Assembly: GCA_963674965.2 (NCBI GenBank)
Contig: CAXXFL010000006.1
Span: forward strand, 960,001-1,024,000
Origin: a bacterium
GTDB taxonomy: Bacteria; RBG-13-61-14; DATKZS01
DNA: 64,000 nucleotides
Direction: 5' to 3'
Both the position numbers and the translations under genes were made by a program. Shown in pieces: positions 58,966-64,000 of the stretch. The notes beneath the pieces were generated by a model that made no database searches, had not been told where the DNA came from, and was given only the letters and a program-made list of their open reading frames with translations. Position 1 is the stretch's first letter; every line of letters starts with the position of its first letter.

Positions 58966-59649
58966 TTACGATTCCGAGTCTTTGTCCTTGGCGCCTAAAA
59001 GGCTCGAGCCGTAAACCATGCCCCGGGGCAGCCGGAACATGGTCAGCTTTTGCGAGCCCAGCTTGCGCTTGGCCGCCTGGGCGGCGGCGGCCTCCGAGCG
59101 CCAGGCCAGCTCGATCACCGTCTGAGGGTCGCCCATCCAGCGGCGCGAAGCGAAGGCCGCGTAGATTTGCTTGCCGCCCGAAAGGTCGATCAGCCTCTCG
59201 AAGGCGCCCAGCATCTGGGTGCAGTAAGCCTCGGCCAGCCTCTCGCCGAACTCGTTGCTCACGGTCACGCGCGCTCGGGTATCGGAGACGGGCTCGATGG
59301 TAAGGCCCTCGAAGTTGAACAGGCTGCGATTGGTAATGGCGAACCTTTCCAGGGACCGCATGGGGTTTCCCTCCACCACAAGGTGGTTCTTGTACACCCG
59401 GACCAGGTTGTCCATGCTCTTCCAGCCCCATTCCCGGGTGGCCTCGAGGTTGCCGTTGGCCAATTCCTTGAATACGGCCTCTCCGATCCTGACCATGGTA
59501 TCGAGAGGATACCAGCGGGATGGAAGGATGAGCTCGTTTAAAAGCGCCAAGTCGGATTCCGTCAGATGATTTTGCCAGTTCGACTCCTTGTACTTCTTGA
59601 TCATTTTCACGAAGTCAAGGAAAATCGCTCCTTTTACCTGCCTTTCCAT
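58966..59649 (-). CDS. DUF2378/TIGR02265-like protein (paralog 2)
   Basis: VKGAIF...ILPSRWYPLD...GAFERLIDLSGG; SD aggagg before the ATG at 59649. Confidence 0.65.
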   Translation of the reverse strand: MERQVKGAIFLDFVKMIKKYKESNWQNHLTESDLALLNELILPSRWYPLDTMVRIGEAVFKELANGNLEATREWGWKSMDNLVRVYKNHLVVEGNPMRSLERFAITNRSLFNFEGLTIEPVSDTRARVTVSNEFGERLAEAYCTQMLGAFERLIDLSGGKQIYAAFASRRWMGDPQTVIELAWRSEAAAAQAAKRKLGSQKLTMFRLPRGMVYGSSLLGAKDKDSES

Positions 59650-60242
59650 CGCCGCCTCCTTTAGGCCCGCCCAGTGTAAGGCTATCGAATTAGTCCGCCC
59701 ATATACCCATGGAATCGTTACATTGTTACAACCCTTGACAATTAACGAAATGCAATATTTATTCCCAAATGCCAAAGCGGGAAAGAATCAATCGATCGAT
59801 TTAATTAGAGAATTTTAATAAAAATAAATCAGCTACTTATACAATACAATATTCCCATGTACACTGGCGTCCCAGTTTAACCTGAAAGAATATGGCCTAA
59901 GATATATACCAATTTGGCACGATTATCTTAAAACTCTTCCCAAAAACGCCATATTTCCAACCGGTAAAACCTCCATGCCAAGTAAAATGACTCTCACGAA
60001 AAAGATGACCCATTAACGGCGGCAAAGGATGAATGATAGAGAATCATTTTCAACGGCGTTTATTCCTCTATTATGTAATAACGAAATCCACCACCCGGCG
60101 TGGCGAGAAATTATTTTTTCCGCGCACTTGGCGGCGGGCGCGAATTTGGTCTAATATTGGTATGGAATCGACGCGCAATAAATTTCTGACCTTGACGCCT
60201 ACAAAAATGAGGCGTCCGAATACATCGCATGGGGGGACCTAG

Positions 60243-63206
60243 TTGGTTGGAAGAATAAAGACCGCTTTTTCCATTTACCTGTTTTTCCTGTCGCTCAAAC
60301 TCCTGGGCATGGCCTTCCTGGTAAGCGGCAAGCTCCGCAAGGAGATATACAACGAGGCCGCTGGCTTTGTCTTCAACGCCAGGTACCAGTTCAAGACCAG
60401 GGACAACCTGGTCAATATCTTCGTCGTCTTCGATAAGGGCAAGATGAGGTCGGGCTTTGGCCAAATTCCCGACCCTGACGTGACCATCTATTACAAGGAC
60501 AGGGAGACCCTGGCGAAAATCTACGCCAAAAGCCCGGAGGAGTCCCTCGATTATCTCCTTACCAATGAGATGTCCTATACGGGCAACATCTCCTATCTGA
60601 CCAAGTTTTCCTATCTGGGCGGGATACTGACGGGCGGGCGCATAACCGATTACACGGGACCGGAAAACCGGGCCGCGGGGCCCATCGTGGATATCGACTC
60701 CTCTCCCAAAAAGAAAAAACACGCAACTGAGGCGCTGGGCAGAATGGTGGATGAGGTCAAGGGACTTGAAGACCCTTATCTTGGCGAGTACTCGATCGAG
60801 GAGTTCCCCCGGCTCAAGTACCTCAAGAACCGGCGCTTCGCCCTGCGCCCGGCCATCTGCACCGAGCGGGCGCTGTTATTGACTAGGCATCACCGCGAGC
60901 GCGGGTTCGAGACCGACCCCACCGGAGTTCCCCTCGATCCCGGGGTCCGTCAGGCCGAGGCCCTTTATCACGTGCTTGCCCACAAGAGGCCGTTCATCCA
61001 GGAAAGGAACCTTATACCCGGCTCGACCACCTCGAAGGAGGTCGGCGTTCCGATATATCCCGAGTTTATCGGAACCCTGTTATGGCCGGAGCTTCGGAGC
61101 ATCGGAAAAAGGGCGCTTAATCCCAACGACATATCCGAGCGCGACGTGGACATACTCAACCACGAGGTCTTCCCCTACTGGATGGAAAGGAACGCGCGCG
61201 AGTATTGCCGCGCCCAGAACGGCAACCCCGTGTCGCAGCAACTGGAGGAACGCTTTGTCCTTTATTTCATGATGAAGAACAACGCCATCTCCCATACCGT
61301 GCCCGGCTTCGAGAAGGTGGTCCGCCTCGGGCTGGACTCGGTCAGGATCGAGGCCCTGGCCAAGGAAAAACAAAGCTCCTCGCAAAAGAAAAGAAACTTC
61401 TACAAGTCCGTCCATACGGCCATCGGCGGGGTCCTCGCTTACGCGGCCAACTTGAGTAAGGAGGCGGGGCGCCAGGCCGACGCCCTCGATCCGTCCGTCC
61501 CCGAGCAAGCCGGCCGCGCCGCCGAGCTAAGGCAAATGGCCCGCGCCCTCGATAAAGTCCCCGCCCATCCAGCCGAGACCGTGCACGAGGCCCTGATCTC
61601 CATATGGGTCAGCTTCGTTTGTCTTCACGGAGAGAACGCCAACTCGGCCCTCTCCATCGGAAGGCTCGACCAGATACTCCAGCCGCTTTTCCTCGCGGAC
61701 CTGGCCAAGGCCAAAAGCGAAGAGGAAAAGAAGTCAATCATAAAAAGGACCATAGAGCTGGTGGGATGCTTTTTCCTCAAGCTCAACGATCACGATCCCT
61801 TCGTGCCCGACGTGGGCAACAAGCTCTTCGGAGGCAGTTCATCGGACGACACGGTCACAGTGGGCGGCGTGGACCAAGGCGGAAACAACGCGGTATGCGA
61901 CATGACCTACGTCCTTTTAAAGGCCGCCGAGATGCTGGGCTTCCAGGACCCGAACATGAACGCCAGGTATTACCCCGGCGTCAACTCGATCGAGTACCTG
62001 CGCCGCCTTTGCGAGGTCAACGTTAACATGGGCGCGTCCCCCATCATCCATAACGACAAGGCCATGATCGAGTCGCTCGTAAACCAGGGGGTCGCTATCG
62101 AGGACGCCAGGGAATGGGCCGCCACCGGCTGCGTCGAGCCCACCGTCGCGGGCAGGCATTACGGCCACACCAACTGCATGCTCCTCAACGCGGTGGCCCC
62201 CCTCGAGATGGCGCTCAATAACGGGACCCACCCGGTAATGGGGGAGTCCATCGGGCCGAAAACGGGGGACGCGGCAAAGGACTTCCCCTCCTTCGAGGAT
62301 TTCCTCGCGGCCTACAAAACCCAGCTAAAGTACCTGGCCGAGAAGTCGATCGAGATCAACAACCTGCTGGGTAAGGCCCATCAGTACATCCATCCCACTC
62401 CTCTGCTCTCGTCCATGATGGACGACGCCATGGATAAGGGCATGGATATCATAGACGGGGGCGCCCGCTATAACTCGTCCGGCGTGGCCCTGGTGTCGAT
62501 CACCGACGTCATCGACAGCCTGATGGTAATCAAGAAATTAATATATGAAGACAAGGCCCTGGACTTCTCGACGCTGCTCGCGGCCCTGGCCGACGACTTC
62601 GAGAACGACCCCAAGCTTCTGGCCAGGATCAAGAAAGTACCCAAGTTCGGCTCCGACGACCTGGAAACCCGGAGCATGGCCCAGGACCTGATGGACTTCT
62701 GCTTCGACCTGTACCAGTCGAGCGAAAATTACCGGGGCGGCAAATACTGGCCCGGCTACTGGTCGATCAGCTACCACGTGGGCTTCGGCATGCTCTCGGG
62801 GGCGCTTCCCTCGGGCAGGAAAAAGGGCAAGGCCTTCACCCCCGGCCTCACCCCCGCGCCGGGGGCCTCGGACCAGCTAATCCCCAACATCCATGCCGTG
62901 GCCGGACTCGATCACCTCAAGATGCCCAACAACATCGCCTTCAACGTCAAGCTGGTACCCCACGCCGGCGACTCCCACGCCGAGACCCTGGACCACTTCA
63001 CCGGTTACCTTAAAACCTACTTCGACCTGGGCGGCATGCAGTGGCAGTTCAACGTGGTCTCCACCGAGACCATGAAGGACGCCATGGAAAACCCCGACGA
63101 CTATCAATGGCTCATCGTCCGCGTCTCCGGCTACAACGCCTATTTCACCAAGCTCAACCGCAACATGCAGATCGAGCTTATCGAAAGGACCCAGTACGGA
63201 GCATGA
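60243..63206 (+). CDS. Glycyl radical enzyme (PFL superfamily, single-Cys type) with an N-terminal SCP2-like domain
   Basis: C-terminal VRVSGYNAYF glycyl loop; TGCVEP Cys loop; SIGRLDQ; about 170 aa N-terminal extension. Confidence 0.88.
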   Translation: MVGRIKTAFSIYLFFLSLKLLGMAFLVSGKLRKEIYNEAAGFVFNARYQFKTRDNLVNIFVVFDKGKMRSGFGQIPDPDVTIYYKDRETLAKIYAKSPEESLDYLLTNEMSYTGNISYLTKFSYLGGILTGGRITDYTGPENRAAGPIVDIDSSPKKKKHATEALGRMVDEVKGLEDPYLGEYSIEEFPRLKYLKNRRFALRPAICTERALLLTRHHRERGFETDPTGVPLDPGVRQAEALYHVLAHKRPFIQERNLIPGSTTSKEVGVPIYPEFIGTLLWPELRSIGKRALNPNDISERDVDILNHEVFPYWMERNAREYCRAQNGNPVSQQLEERFVLYFMMKNNAISHTVPGFEKVVRLGLDSVRIEALAKEKQSSSQKKRNFYKSVHTAIGGVLAYAANLSKEAGRQADALDPSVPEQAGRAAELRQMARALDKVPAHPAETVHEALISIWVSFVCLHGENANSALSIGRLDQILQPLFLADLAKAKSEEEKKSIIKRTIELVGCFFLKLNDHDPFVPDVGNKLFGGSSSDDTVTVGGVDQGGNNAVCDMTYVLLKAAEMLGFQDPNMNARYYPGVNSIEYLRRLCEVNVNMGASPIIHNDKAMIESLVNQGVAIEDAREWAATGCVEPTVAGRHYGHTNCMLLNAVAPLEMALNNGTHPVMGESIGPKTGDAAKDFPSFEDFLAAYKTQLKYLAEKSIEINNLLGKAHQYIHPTPLLSSMMDDAMDKGMDIIDGGARYNSSGVALVSITDVIDSLMVIKKLIYEDKALDFSTLLAALADDFENDPKLLARIKKVPKFGSDDLETRSMAQDLMDFCFDLYQSSENYRGGKYWPGYWSISYHVGFGMLSGALPSGRKKGKAFTPGLTPAPGASDQLIPNIHAVAGLDHLKMPNNIAFNVKLVPHAGDSHAETLDHFTGYLKTYFDLGGMQWQFNVVSTETMKDAMENPDDYQWLIVRVSGYNAYFTKLNRNMQIELIERTQYGA

Positions 63207-63410
63207 CGCGCGGGAATATGAGCGTCCGATTGCAAAAATATAAACTACCCGTTCATGATATTATCTTTAAACCGTGAACGCATGTCTCCTCCCAACCGAC
63301 CTCATGGCTTCCTCGTCGGCCTCCCGGCCAGTTCCAGCGCCAAGCCGGCGCGCCGCGGTGCGTAGGGAGGGAGGTACGCGTCCATGTCCTTCTTTTCGGA
63401 CTAGCTGTAT

Positions 63411-64000
63411 TTATCGCTCTTTTTTACTAGGATCAATAATATTGAATGGCCACATATTTACCGGATAATTCCATAAATAATGGAACTGATTATCAAGATA
63501 AAGATAATATTTCGACGCGAATTCCGCCTCGATTATCGGGACCCGGCCACCCAGGCAGTAATAGTGATATTGATCGAGATTTTTACTATCCCGACCTATA
63601 TGATATGGCTCGAAAAACACAACTGACCCAACGATTAAATACCAAACCTGCGGAAGGAAATCACATAGTTTTAAAGACACCCTCGGTTCGTTTTCCCTAT
63701 TTTTCGCCGTTCCGTTCAATCTGTCGATTCCTTCAAGACACCCCTTTATATCTTTATATACCTTGGTCTCGGTTAAAGGGTAACAATCCTCGCCGCTTTC
63801 AATAATCGATCTTACCCTGGCCGACTCGGAATCGGGATTTAGAAGAATCGCCTGGATATACAGGCTATCTGACTTCGATATTATCTGCGTTAACAGGTCA
63901 TAAAGAATTCCGCCTTTATTAAACATTTCGGTATGGGCAATGCCATAGGCCTTTATAACCTGCTTTTGATCAACGCTCGCGCACCTCACGATCGCTTCGG
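63411..64000 (-). CDS. Low-GC hypothetical protein, C-terminal part (DUF5919-like); start lies beyond the window
   Basis: Frame open to the window edge; ILLNPDS...FFEPY pattern. Confidence 0.55.
   Translation of the reverse strand, partial: EAIVRCASVDQKQVIKAYGIAHTEMFNKGGILYDLLTQIISKSDSLYIQAILLNPDSESARVRSIIESGEDCYPLTETKVYKDIKGCLEGIDRLNGTAKNRENEPRVSLKLCDFLPQVWYLIVGSVVFFEPYHIGRDSKNLDQYHYYCLGGRVPIIEAEFASKYYLYLDNQFHYLWNYPVNMWPFNIIDPSKKER

Noticed and set aside
63288-63368. attC-like site (CCCAAC...GTAGGG)
   Set aside because: The right end lacks the conserved GTT, and there is no integron integrase or cassette array in view.

Overview
Bacterial, GC-rich window; the host genes look Deltaproteobacteria/Myxococcota-like, which is an inference from gene content. 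Positions 1 to about 26.7 kb are part of a prophage sitting at the 3' side of a tRNA-Asn(GTT) gene, with nearly all genes on the minus strand. Reading away from the tRNA, it carries a DUF2924 + large serine recombinase module, a LexA-type repressor with two unknown genes, an ECF-like sigma factor, a recombination/replication operon (PD-(D/E)XK nuclease, AAA ATPase, DUF669, ERCC4, RecD2, primase-helicase), an iteron origin, and packaging/head genes (terS-like, terL, portal, head morphogenesis protein). Two antisense cassettes interrupt it: a tyrosine-recombinase cassette and an AbiE type IV toxin-antitoxin pair. The main unannotated signal is a bipartite motif, CGACAC-N15-RGTATRTA, found five times with identical spacing, each in front of a phage operon; this is a candidate regulon for the phage's own sigma factor. 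The sigma gene has a leader with two mutually exclusive RNA folds over its Shine-Dalgarno (SD) sequence, and it lies downstream of a LexA operon with a palindromic operator, suggesting a tiered regulatory cascade without a cI/cro switch. Positions 26.8-64 kb are host DNA: a large Ca-binding repeat surface protein, sugar-nucleotide genes, tolQRA, gmd/rmd, KamA, gcvT/PA/PB, gspC, smc, PMM/PGM and a glycyl radical enzyme with an SCP2-like N-terminus. Family assignments come from recalled motifs, not from database searches.
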